From Nitrosopumilus sp. (GTDB lineage Archaea; Thermoproteota; Nitrososphaeria; Nitrososphaerales; Nitrosopumilaceae): a stretch of 64,000 bases of DNA. Of the stretch, positions 45,213-54,107 are shown piece by piece. How positions within the stretch are numbered: position 1 is the stretch's first letter; each line of letters begins with the position of its first letter. The notes beneath the pieces were generated by a model. It ran no database searches, was not told where the DNA came from, and saw nothing but the letters and a program-made list of their open reading frames with translations. The stretch covers positions 1,664,001 to 1,728,000 of the forward strand of contig OZ243974.1 in the NCBI GenBank assembly GCA_965214775.1, in the 5' to 3' direction. A program made the position numbers and the translations under genes.

Positions 45213-46423
45213 CTCCAAAACCAAAAAAAGGCTACAAATTGGCAAAGTCGCTTTTTGGGAGATATGAGGAGATTCCAGAAGAATGGGAAATTGTTTCTAT
45301 GGAACAAATCTGTAAAAAATTTACTAGTGGAGGTACTCCCTCAACAAATGTTTTAGAATATTGGGATGGAGACATTCCATGGACAAGAAGCTCCATTTTA
45401 ACGAATCATTATTTGGAATATGGCGAACGATGTATTACAAAAAAAGGACTAGATGAAAGCTCTTCTGTTCTAATCCCGCAAGACAATTTACTTGTATCAT
45501 CCAGAGTATCGCTTGGAAACTTGTCGATAAATCGTATTGCTGTTGCAATTAGTCAGGACATAACGGCAATTATTGTAGATAAATCACACATCTCTTCTGA
45601 GTTTCTTTACTGGTTCTTAAAACAGAATATTATGCTCTTGACATCATACTCTCAAGGAACAACTATTCAGGGTTTCACACGAAAAGAATTATCAAAATTT
45701 CGAGTCGTTCTTCCTCCACTCCCAGAACAGGCAAAGATTGCGTCAATCCTTTCAGGAGTTGACGCACTGATTGAAAAGACGCAGGAGGCAATCGAGAAGA
45801 CCGAGCAGGTAAAGAGAGGATTGACGCAAAGATTACTGACTAATGGAATAGCAGGTACAAAACTCAAGAAAACATTTTTGGGCAAAATTGCTAAATTCTC
45901 AAGTGGTGAGTTTTTACCTACAAAAAACTATAATTTTGGCAAAATTCCCGTGTATGGAGGAAATGGTGTTGTTGGTTATCATGATAAGGAATTAATCAAA
46001 CACGATACGATAATTTTTGGTAGAGTTGGTGCATATTGTGGTTCAGTACATATTTCAAGAGATAAGTCATGGATTACTGATAACGCTATATTTATCAAGA
46101 ATCTTTCAAATCAAGTCCAGCTAGAATATCTTTATAGATTTTTATCACGATTAAACATAGGCATTTTAGCTGAAGTATCTGCACAACCAAAGATTACACA
46201 AGATATTCTCAACCATGTTAAAGTCCAATTTCCTGAAGATTTAGATGAACAAAAACAAATTGCATCAATCCTGTCGGGAGTTGACGCACCAGACCGTGCA
46301 TGCCTCATAATCGCCACAATCTTACGCATGAGACTGGGAATACTCTTAATACTGTTTGCAGCGGTGTTAAACCATGAGTTCCACAATACAGAAAAGGACC
46401 TACACAATCGTCATAACTTCTGA
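45209..46423 (+). CDS. hsdS: Type I R-M specificity subunit hsdS1; homology ends at 46288 (SGVDA), remainder is unrelated read-through
   Basis: IPEEW, GGTPST, two TRDs, EQAKIASILSGVDA repeats; final coiled coil missing. Confidence 0.88.
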   Translation: MTPKPKKGYKLAKSLFGRYEEIPEEWEIVSMEQICKKFTSGGTPSTNVLEYWDGDIPWTRSSILTNHYLEYGERCITKKGLDESSSVLIPQDNLLVSSRVSLGNLSINRIAVAISQDITAIIVDKSHISSEFLYWFLKQNIMLLTSYSQGTTIQGFTRKELSKFRVVLPPLPEQAKIASILSGVDALIEKTQEAIEKTEQVKRGLTQRLLTNGIAGTKLKKTFLGKIAKFSSGEFLPTKNYNFGKIPVYGGNGVVGYHDKELIKHDTIIFGRVGAYCGSVHISRDKSWITDNAIFIKNLSNQVQLEYLYRFLSRLNIGILAEVSAQPKITQDILNHVKVQFPEDLDEQKQIASILSGVDAPDRACLIIATILRMRLGILLILFAAVLNHEFHNTEKDLHNRHNF

Positions 46424-46595
46424 TGAAATAGATGGGGGTTTTGTCGGGGTCTGCGATGAGCTGAACGCCTTTTCGCAAGGTGAGACGTACGGAGAGGTAA
46501 TGGAGAATATGAAGGAGGCAGTAGAGCTTGCGGCAGAAGAAAGCGGCAACACTGATGATTTTAACATGCTGATCGTTCAGAAGCGTAATGACTAA
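46374..46595 (+). CDS. hicB: HicB-family antitoxin
   Basis: GGFVGVC..L..AFSQGETYGEVMENMKEAVEL. Confidence 0.88.
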   Translation: MSSTIQKRTYTIVITSDEIDGGFVGVCDELNAFSQGETYGEVMENMKEAVELAAEESGNTDDFNMLIVQKRND

Positions 46596-46902
46596 GATTC
46601 CGAGAATTTCCGGCAATGCAATGATAAGATACCTGATCAGGAAAGAATTCACAACAACAAGCAGAAAAGGCAGTCACGTTACATTAAGACGTGATCATGT
46701 CCCGGTAACGGTTCCTGCTGGAAACGGCAAGCTAAAGGTTGGGTTGCTTTTAGGCGTGCTAGACAAGGCGGGAATTGACAGGAAGGAGTTTGTAGACGAT
46801 CACATCGTACGAGGTCACCTACCCCTGCCAATCAGGCACGAGTTGGCATCTATGACTATGATTTTCACGCCTATACTGACGATCATTGAAAATTTCGCCT
46901 GA
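46588..46902 (+). CDS. hicA: HicA-family toxin with its C-terminus replaced by MITE-C read-through (native end at 48003-48020)
   Basis: RKGSHVTL, VTVP, LKVGLL..LDKAGI; removing the insertion gives ...DDHISGIAK*. Confidence 0.85.
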   Translation: MTKIPRISGNAMIRYLIRKEFTTTSRKGSHVTLRRDHVPVTVPAGNGKLKVGLLLGVLDKAGIDRKEFVDDHIVRGHLPLPIRHELASMTMIFTPILTIIENFA

Positions 46903-47966
46903 TTACACGCGGCGCTCAAGATATTTGTAGATGTCAACCTTGATGGAACACGTCCTAAAGTATTCCGAGACATCCCTTTTGAGGTGATCTGCCGAATCGT
47001 AAAAGGCAGATGTGACCAGTATGTACTTGGCATCCTTCCAGATTGGCTCTATGGCGCTCAGCTCCGGCCTGGCTACCGGCAGGTACAGCAGGATAACGTC
47101 GGGATTTTTCTCCAGGTACATGCGGACCCTTCCGGTCCTATGCTGTGCTGCGTTGTCCATCACAATCAGAACCTTTCCCCACTTTTTGCGCGCCTGCTTG
47201 AGATAACGCACAAAGTTTATGCTGTTGAACTTGTCGTATGTACGCATCAGCCTGGTTCCGTCGTCTGCAACCGTTCCGTATACCACGACGCGCTCCCTTC
47301 TGCCGGATCGTTGCACCTCGATTCTGTCCCCCACTGGCGACCAGAACTTTTTGCCGTCCCTTCCCGTACTGACGAATATCGACTCGTCCTGTACGGTTAT
47401 CCTGAATCCGCGCCTTTTTGCAAGCCTAATCGTGTCTTTTGCCTCCCTTTGCCATCGTCTTACCTCCTTTGCGTCGGCAGCATCTGCCAGCTTGGTAGTT
47501 GACGTCTTTAGCGAGAATCCCATCGTGCGCAGGATTCTTCTGATGCTTCCAACGCTGTATGTTACATGCAGTTTGCGGCGCACCCAGTTGCGCATCTTCT
47601 TTGGGGTGAGCTTTTCCATCCTGCGCAGCCTCATGGCGATCTTTTTTATCCTGTTGATTGGAACCTTTGGCTTTTTGCCCCTGTTGGGGGAGTCACGGAG
47701 ACCGTCAACGCCGTCAAGCTCAAACCTCTCAACCCACATCTGTACGGTACGCTGTGTCACGTCGGCAATCTCTGCGGTCTGTGCAGTGGTGTTGCCAAGC
47801 AGTACGGAGCGCACCGCCAGGATTCTGGTATAAACCCTGTTATCCTTTTCTACATGCATGGCGTCCGTGAGGATTTTCGTCTTGTTCATGTCAGAAGGGC
47901 CATGGCGGAGATCTATAAACCTTCACAAGACGTGTAATCAGGCGAAATTTTCAATGATCGTCAGTA
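46874..47966 (-). mobile_element. Intact IS630-family element
   Basis: Perfect ~36-bp TIR TACTGACGATCATTGAAAATTTCGCCTGATTACACG, TA duplication. Confidence 0.93.
46903..47889 (-). CDS. IS630 transposase
   Basis: N-terminal HTH, QDES, VMDNAAQH, PELSAIEPIW. Confidence 0.93.
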   Translation of the reverse strand: MNKTKILTDAMHVEKDNRVYTRILAVRSVLLGNTTAQTAEIADVTQRTVQMWVERFELDGVDGLRDSPNRGKKPKVPINRIKKIAMRLRRMEKLTPKKMRNWVRRKLHVTYSVGSIRRILRTMGFSLKTSTTKLADAADAKEVRRWQREAKDTIRLAKRRGFRITVQDESIFVSTGRDGKKFWSPVGDRIEVQRSGRRERVVVYGTVADDGTRLMRTYDKFNSINFVRYLKQARKKWGKVLIVMDNAAQHRTGRVRMYLEKNPDVILLYLPVARPELSAIEPIWKDAKYILVTSAFYDSADHLKRDVSEYFRTCSIKVDIYKYLERRV

Positions 47967-48124
47967 TAGCCAGCAGGGGGACGTGACCACATACATCACA
48001 TCAGTGGAATTGCCAAATAATTGAATGTAAAGCTGTCCCAGGCATCACGGTCAAAATATAGAGAATAAAATAGCTATTTTATGAAACAGCTACACAAAAA
48101 CATGAATTTGAATATACAATCACG

Positions 48125-49039
48125 ATGTCAAACCAAAGAAGCATGACGCTGTTTGAGGAATCAATCAGATCAAAATATACAAAAAGGAACTACCATTCTC
48201 ACCTCAACCACTTCATGAAATTTATGAAAGCAGGCTCTACTGATGATGTGTTGATGCTATCACCCTCCGAGCTACAACGCGGAGTAGAGGATTACCTGAT
48301 GGCGTTAAAATCCACATCCAATCCAAACTCAGTCCCGTCTATGTTTCGAGGAATAAGGCATTTTTGCATCATGAATGAGATCGGCCTCAACTGGAACAAA
48401 ATATACAAGATGTTTCCCCCAAAACAGAAAACCCAAAGCATGAGATCCTACACCGCAAGTGAAATCCGCCGGATGCTGTCTGTTGAAAAAAATGCGAGAA
48501 ACAAGGCACTGATTCACTTTCTTGCATCAACGGGTGCAAGAATAGGGGTTTTTGATCATCCCATGCTGATCAAACACATGCAAACGATGCCCTGCCGCTG
48601 CAGCGCGGTGCTGCTTTATGCCGGGGATGTGGAGGAATACTGGTCATTTCTTACGCCACAGGCAACGAAAATACTAAAGGCGTACCACGATTACCGCAGG
48701 CAAAAAGGTGAGGTTTTCGGTGATGACGCCCCGATGTTTGGAACTGACAAGGCAGTCCAAGGGCAGTTGGGATGGAGTGGTGCCAGATCCGTAATCTACA
48801 GGGCAATCTCAAAGAGCGGCATAGCCAGACTCAAGCAGGGAGGACGCTATGATGTTCAGGCAGATCACGGTTTTAGAAAGCGGTTCAATACCATACTAAA
48901 GCTGGACAATTCGATAAACTACAACATTGCAGAAAAACTGATGGGTCACAAAAATGGCCTTGATGGAACATATCTTACGCCAACACTGGAGGAGATGTTC
49001 TCAGAATTTAGGAAAGTCATGCGCAAGATACAGGTTTGA
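48125..49039 (+). CDS. Tyrosine recombinase (candidate hsdS invertase)
   Basis: STGARIG, HGFRKRF, LMGH and GTY catalytic residues. Confidence 0.9.
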   Translation: MSNQRSMTLFEESIRSKYTKRNYHSHLNHFMKFMKAGSTDDVLMLSPSELQRGVEDYLMALKSTSNPNSVPSMFRGIRHFCIMNEIGLNWNKIYKMFPPKQKTQSMRSYTASEIRRMLSVEKNARNKALIHFLASTGARIGVFDHPMLIKHMQTMPCRCSAVLLYAGDVEEYWSFLTPQATKILKAYHDYRRQKGEVFGDDAPMFGTDKAVQGQLGWSGARSVIYRAISKSGIARLKQGGRYDVQADHGFRKRFNTILKLDNSINYNIAEKLMGHKNGLDGTYLTPTLEEMFSEFRKVMRKIQV

Positions 49040-49178
49040 GTTGCAGGAGGAAGCTTGGATCCTAACCTGATGCGGGTTGTGGGTCACATAGATAACATGT
49101 TTACGATTATCCGTGGGACATAGAAAACCATGTGTGCATCACACACTTGAGATTTTGTTGACATCCTTAAACTTGATC

Positions 49179-50177
49179 TCAATAACGTTTTCTGTTTATT
49201 TTAAACTCGTATGTTTTCTTAATTAGCGGTAAAGCATTTTGTATGTCTTTATCAGTTTTGATATCCGACTGGAAATTTCCTACACCGTGATGCCCTTTGT
49301 CAGAAACATCTATGATGAACTTTGAGAGAGGTAAAATATTCTTGTCTGAAACAGAGTATGTCAGGGCAATTTTCGACTGCATTGCCTCCATTGTACAAAT
49401 GCAGGAACCGTGTTCTCGTGAATAGAAACCTGCATAGATCTTTTTCTGTGTGAATTCTAATTCCGGAATCATGTCTAGGATTCTATTCTTCAACTCATTC
49501 CATAATTTTTTTGTCATATCCGAAGGACGTGCATTATGATATTTGCCTGCAAGATAGTCGTCCTCGACATATGTCGTCAGGGCCAACATCTTGTTCCTCT
49601 TTTTATGATTTTCAGAGATTGTTTCTTTTTGGCCGCCTGCAAAAGCCATGGTAATTATGTCGTTTTCATATCTGTTGATCCGGTATAGTACAATTGGCAG
49701 TCCTTCAAAACCACCTGCCTTTTTCTGAAACTTTGTAAATTCCGGAGAAATGAATACCACCCGAGTTTCATCCCAATTGAAATAGTCTAAATCATAATGC
49801 CTTTTCGTTATCTTGTTGTATAACAAGACAAAACTTTCTTTTTTGTCTTTTAATAACTGATAATAGCTGAATCCCTGATCTGTTAGACTGTTGGCCTTTG
49901 CAATGTTTTTGTATTCAATAATTACAAACGATTTTTTTTCTACATCAAAAGCAATAGTATCGGGTCTTAGATCTCCTATTTGGTGTTCGGTTTTAAGCAA
50001 TTCAACATTTGGGAAAATGATTGAAAGGTTATTTTCTATCATTTTCTGAAGTGTTTTTTCATAATCAAAAGATCTCTTGGAGTTTGACCTCTCTCTGATC
50101 TCCTTTAATTTTCTGTTTTCTAATTGGAAAATGCGCAAACCTATGCTGTACATTAGCTGAGATGCTAATAAATGCAT
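49179..50177 (-). CDS. PD-(D/E)XK nuclease (NucS-like) with a DUF5655-like C-terminal domain
   Basis: EKTLQ..IENNL, RPDTIAFD, FVIIEYK; C-terminal DVSDKGHHGVG. Confidence 0.75.
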   Translation of the reverse strand: MHLLASQLMYSIGLRIFQLENRKLKEIRERSNSKRSFDYEKTLQKMIENNLSIIFPNVELLKTEHQIGDLRPDTIAFDVEKKSFVIIEYKNIAKANSLTDQGFSYYQLLKDKKESFVLLYNKITKRHYDLDYFNWDETRVVFISPEFTKFQKKAGGFEGLPIVLYRINRYENDIITMAFAGGQKETISENHKKRNKMLALTTYVEDDYLAGKYHNARPSDMTKKLWNELKNRILDMIPELEFTQKKIYAGFYSREHGSCICTMEAMQSKIALTYSVSDKNILPLSKFIIDVSDKGHHGVGNFQSDIKTDKDIQNALPLIKKTYEFKINRKRY

Positions 50178-50211
50178 AATGTCGCAGCGTCCTCCCAGTA
50201 CCGCTTCACAG

Positions 50212-50348
50212 AGATCTGATTTGAAATTAGCAAACTCGGATTATTTGTGGACGAGTTTGTATAAAGTAGCTCAAAACATCAACAAAACGCAAGATATCTG
50301 TGAAATTACTTGAAAAATTCGCACGGTTTCTAATTTCGGATCACCTCT
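50212..50348. mobile_element. MITE-B (137 bp)
   Basis: Imperfect TIRs, 3-bp CAG duplication. Confidence 0.88.
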
Positions 50349-50491
50349 CAGCGGACTGGTGGAAGGTTTTGTTCTAGAAGCATCCACGGACTGGTTCTGC
50401 TTTGTACTGCAAGCCGTTTAGTGTGCATCTTTAGGACTATTGTCACTATACTAAGTATATGCTGTATGACCAGATACGACAAGTGATGGTC

Positions 50492-51766
50492 TCAGATCTT
50501 TACTCGGATCTTGCCTGTAAGAAGATTCTGCATTAAGCCTTTTTTCAATATCTCAAGTTTTTCTTTGTACTCCTGATTCTTCTGAATATATGCATCAACT
50601 CCCGACAGGATTGATGCAATTCTTTGTTGTTCTGGAAGGGATGCCGGTACAGTAACAACCACCTTTGAGATCCCCTTTTTACTGATCTCTAAAAACGTCG
50701 TGCCATATGATAGTCGCAACAAGTTATTTTGATTGTGCCTGAGCAAATAAAAAATCAACAACTTGTCAAAGCCATCATTGCAAATTATGCTTTGAAATCC
50801 TTGATTGGTTGATATTGGCTTTGCTGCTATTGCACATTCGCCAATCGTAGCTCGTGAAGTAATCAGAATTGCCCCCTTGGGTAACAATTTGGCCGAACTA
50901 TTGTCCAATCCATGTTTGGTGATTTTCCGCTCGGTGTTTTTTATCTCGTTGGTTTGTAACTTAGTGATGTCTGTTGGAATCGCCCACAATATGTCTCCGT
51001 TCCAGTATTCTGGATTTTTGGAATCCGGAGTGCCACCGCCGATTATATCTCCTACATCGCTTAGTCTTTTGGCATCCCACTCTTCTGGAATCTTGATATC
51101 TTTGCTGAACATCCAATGGACCTTCTTGAACTTCGTATGGCCGATTCCCCTAGTCAGCAGCCTCTGCATAAGGCCCTTCTTGAGCCTCTCCGTCTTCTCG
51201 ATTGCCTCCTGCGTCGACTCGATCAATGCGTCAACTCCTGAAAGGATTGACGCAATCTTTGCCTGTTCTTTTATATTATCAGTAAATGGCAGTTTTGTTT
51301 TTTCTATATCCTCCCTGTTTATCGCATCATATGTAGTTCCCTGAGCGTAAACAGAAAAATTTTTCTTGTTTTTACTGATCAAATAAAAACAGTAAAGCAA
51401 GTTGTTTTTTCTCGTGTTAAACGATGCTATGCCCCTTCCTATACAACATCTCGTTTTTGTGAGATTTGTTTCCCCTACTGGAGCTCTTACAGAAAACAAA
51501 ATGGAGTTGCTTTCTGCGATTTTTTTGGAATCTGTACACCATACCGTAGGATTTGGATATGCTGCTCCAAAATCAGTTACTCCCTGATAAAACGGCAAAC
51601 CTTTCTCTTCTTCATTGTAACTTTCGGATGGTGGAGACTGGCCCATTGTTACTTTTAGTATTTCTGAAGTTCGTGTAATTGTCCACTCTTCTGGAATTTT
51701 AATCTCCCTGTCAAACATCCAGTGGATCTTCTTGTAGCCTTTCTTGGGATTAGGCGGCCGATTCAA
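50492..51766 (-). CDS. hsdS: Type I R-M specificity subunit hsdS2, complete
   Basis: Two TRDs (MGQSP; GGGTPDS), two ASILSGVDA repeats, C-terminal KKGLMQNLLTGKIRV. Confidence 0.93.
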   Translation of the reverse strand: MNRPPNPKKGYKKIHWMFDREIKIPEEWTITRTSEILKVTMGQSPPSESYNEEEKGLPFYQGVTDFGAAYPNPTVWCTDSKKIAESNSILFSVRAPVGETNLTKTRCCIGRGIASFNTRKNNLLYCFYLISKNKKNFSVYAQGTTYDAINREDIEKTKLPFTDNIKEQAKIASILSGVDALIESTQEAIEKTERLKKGLMQRLLTRGIGHTKFKKVHWMFSKDIKIPEEWDAKRLSDVGDIIGGGTPDSKNPEYWNGDILWAIPTDITKLQTNEIKNTERKITKHGLDNSSAKLLPKGAILITSRATIGECAIAAKPISTNQGFQSIICNDGFDKLLIFYLLRHNQNNLLRLSYGTTFLEISKKGISKVVVTVPASLPEQQRIASILSGVDAYIQKNQEYKEKLEILKKGLMQNLLTGKIRVKI

Positions 51767-53372
51767 AGCTTTATCCCAAGTCCCGTCAAATCTGCTCGTG
51801 TCTGCTTTTCCAGTTTTCCTATCTCTGCACTTGTGGTTTTTAACTCATTATATGCAGTTTGTATGTCGATTTCCTCTTCGGGCTCGGAAATGTCTACGTA
51901 TCGGGGCACATTAAGATTAAACTTGTTTTCTTGCAGTTCTTTCAAATCTGCTACATGGCAATACTTGTCAATATCCTTAAAACTCTCAAATGCGGACACT
52001 ATCTTTGAAATATCTGTTACTCTTAGCTTGTTTCTGTTTTTGCCCTCTTCAAAGTCCTTTGCGGCATAGATGAACAGAACTTTGTCTTTACGCTTTGCAG
52101 GCTTTGACTTGTTTAGAATCATTATACAGGCAGGAATGCTTGTACCCCAGAACAGCTTGGGTGGCAGTGCAATTATGGCCTCAATTACATCACCTTGCAG
52201 GTTATTCTCAGCACATCCGACAATCATTTTTTCTCGGATTTTACCCTCCTTGCTTCCTCTGAACAGAACCCCTTGGGAACACACTATGGCTGCCTGACCT
52301 TTTGGGTTCAACGACGTCAACATGTGCAAGATAAAAGCATAATCTGCCTTGTTCTTTGCAGGAGATATGCCGTACTCAAACCTGTCGTACGGATCTTCTG
52401 ATGCCGTAGAGTTGTCCCAGTCCATGGAAAAGGGAAAATTAGCTAATAGACTTTATGCGTAATCGATCTGAATGAGATGAATTTGTTCGTAATAATCCTA
52501 GTTTTGGATCGATTACGCATAAAGTCTAATACCCTGTCGTATTTTTTAAGTGAGCCGCCTTCTATCAGTTTTGGTTCCGATAACACATTTCCATACTGTA
52601 TGTTAAAGTTCTCCATCTGGTGTAAAACCATGTTCATCTTACACATTCCTAGGTTGCCATAGTTTGATTCCTGTCCATCCAGTACAAGATCATCAACGTT
52701 GCCGCCATGATCCTGCACGTATTTTCTAGAAAGAATCAGCATTCCGCCGGAACCGCAGGTAGGATCAGAGATCTTCATCTTTTGTGTTGGTTTTGTGATA
52801 TGTACCAACAAGCTTACGACTTCCCTTGGGGTAAAGAACTCACCACCCTTCTTTTTTGTCTCATCTGCAAACGTCTCAAGCAGATACTCGTACGCATCGC
52901 CAAAAATGTCCTCTTTTTCTAGATTTTCATTGGATAATGCCAATCCGTTAAAGTGTGCAATAAGAGCACGAAGCTTGTCATCAGGATATTTCTTTTTGTC
53001 GTTGTACTTTGTATTGGTTAGCACTCCCTCCAGTTTTCGTATATTTTTTTCCAAATCCCTGCATACATCATCCATTTTTTCGCCCAGATTGGAAGATGCA
53101 GAAGACAAGATATCCCAACGTGCAGACTCTGGAACAAAAAACTTATGTCGGAATTCTTGTAGTGCCTTTTTCTCATTCAGGCCACTTTCTATCAAATTCG
53201 CCACATTTTCCTCAAAGGTGTCATTTAGGCGCTTTAGAAACAACACTGTCATGACTGGCTGCCTGTATTCTTGCGCATCAAGGGATCCACGCAGAATGTC
53301 GGCTGCATCCCATAAGTGCCGCTTCAGTGACTCGAGTGTTAGTTTATTTTGGCCCACAAAGCCATTTGGCAA
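51763..53372 (-). pseudogene. hsdM: Type I methyltransferase hsdM split by MITE-A
   Basis: LWDAADILRG, GEFFTPREV, DPTCGSGG upstream; removing 52449-52526 plus the duplication rejoins YDRVL to ANFPFSMDW in frame. Confidence 0.92.
52449..52526. mobile_element. MITE-A (78 bp) inside hsdM
   Basis: Perfect TIR GACTTTATGCGTAATCGATC; TAATA on both flanks. Confidence 0.93.
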
Positions 53373-53503
53373 TATAGGATTCTTTATAGATTTTCATTTG
53401 TTTGCAGTAGCAGGTTAGGCCTACTTAGCTTTCAGCCATGTCCAAACCCCTTGCAGCAAAATTCACGCTTACATGTTGCAGCGATCTAGCCTATTGCCTT
53501 TCG

Positions 53504-53689
53504 ACATGCATGGTATCCATGAGGATTTTCGTCTTGCCCATGTCAGGAGGGCCATGGTGGAGATCCATAAAACTTCACAAGGCGTGTAGTCACAAGGCGA
53601 AATTTTCAATGATCACTAGTATGGGTAGCAATCAGGCACACGCTTGTCTGTAGTTATGATTTTCATGTCCGGCCGGCAAGGGACGTGAC
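53504..53689. mobile_element. Degenerate IS630 5' end (53504-53622) next to a MITE-C remnant (53628-53689)
   Basis: Aligns by eye to 47852-47968 and to the inverted MITE-C. Confidence 0.7.
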
Positions 53690-53721
53690 TCCAACTCTGG
53701 CTAGGGGCTATCTTATTACCA

Positions 53722-54006
53722 CTATTCCTTTGACACCTTGGATCTGTATTTCTTTATTCGGCCATCGAGTCGAGAAGCATTCCTTAAGAGAAACCGCTCG
53801 CGTTCTTGCCGTGGAAGAAACGGGAGAAGCTCCTCAAGCGAGTCCATATAATGTTCCGTTCGTTCTTGGGCGTATTTGAGTGATCGAAGCACGTTGTCCA
53901 GCTTGGCCCTTGCAGGGTCGGCCCGTGGTCCGATGTATATGGACTCCTTTCCTGCCTGAAAATACAGGTATTCTATACCCTTTGAGATCTTAACATTAAG
54001 CGTCAT
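53722..54006 (-). CDS. Small basic protein divergent from the integrase (possible DNA-binding or directionality factor)
   Basis: KGIEYLYFQAGKESIYIGP beta-hairpin-type motif; position. Confidence 0.6.
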   Translation of the reverse strand: MTLNVKISKGIEYLYFQAGKESIYIGPRADPARAKLDNVLRSLKYAQERTEHYMDSLEELLPFLPRQERERFLLRNASRLDGRIKKYRSKVSKE

Positions 54007-54107
54007 GCCCTATTGTCGTATAACACGTTATTCATTTTAAGGATTTGGAGTTGGTTATCTTATAACAAGATAACTATAAATAGCAAGTTCACGTATTATA
54101 AGATAAC

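Larger units (their letters stand above)
46807..47994. mobile_element. MITE-C copy split by IS630
   Basis: Ends GTACGAGGTCAC / GTGACCACATAC; 8-bp TSD ATCACATC at 46799 and 47995. Confidence 0.88.

Noticed and set aside
46289-46423. Hydrophobic C-terminal tail on hsdS1 suggesting a membrane anchor
   Set aside because: Read-through of the hicB upstream region and start, after truncation at the dyad site
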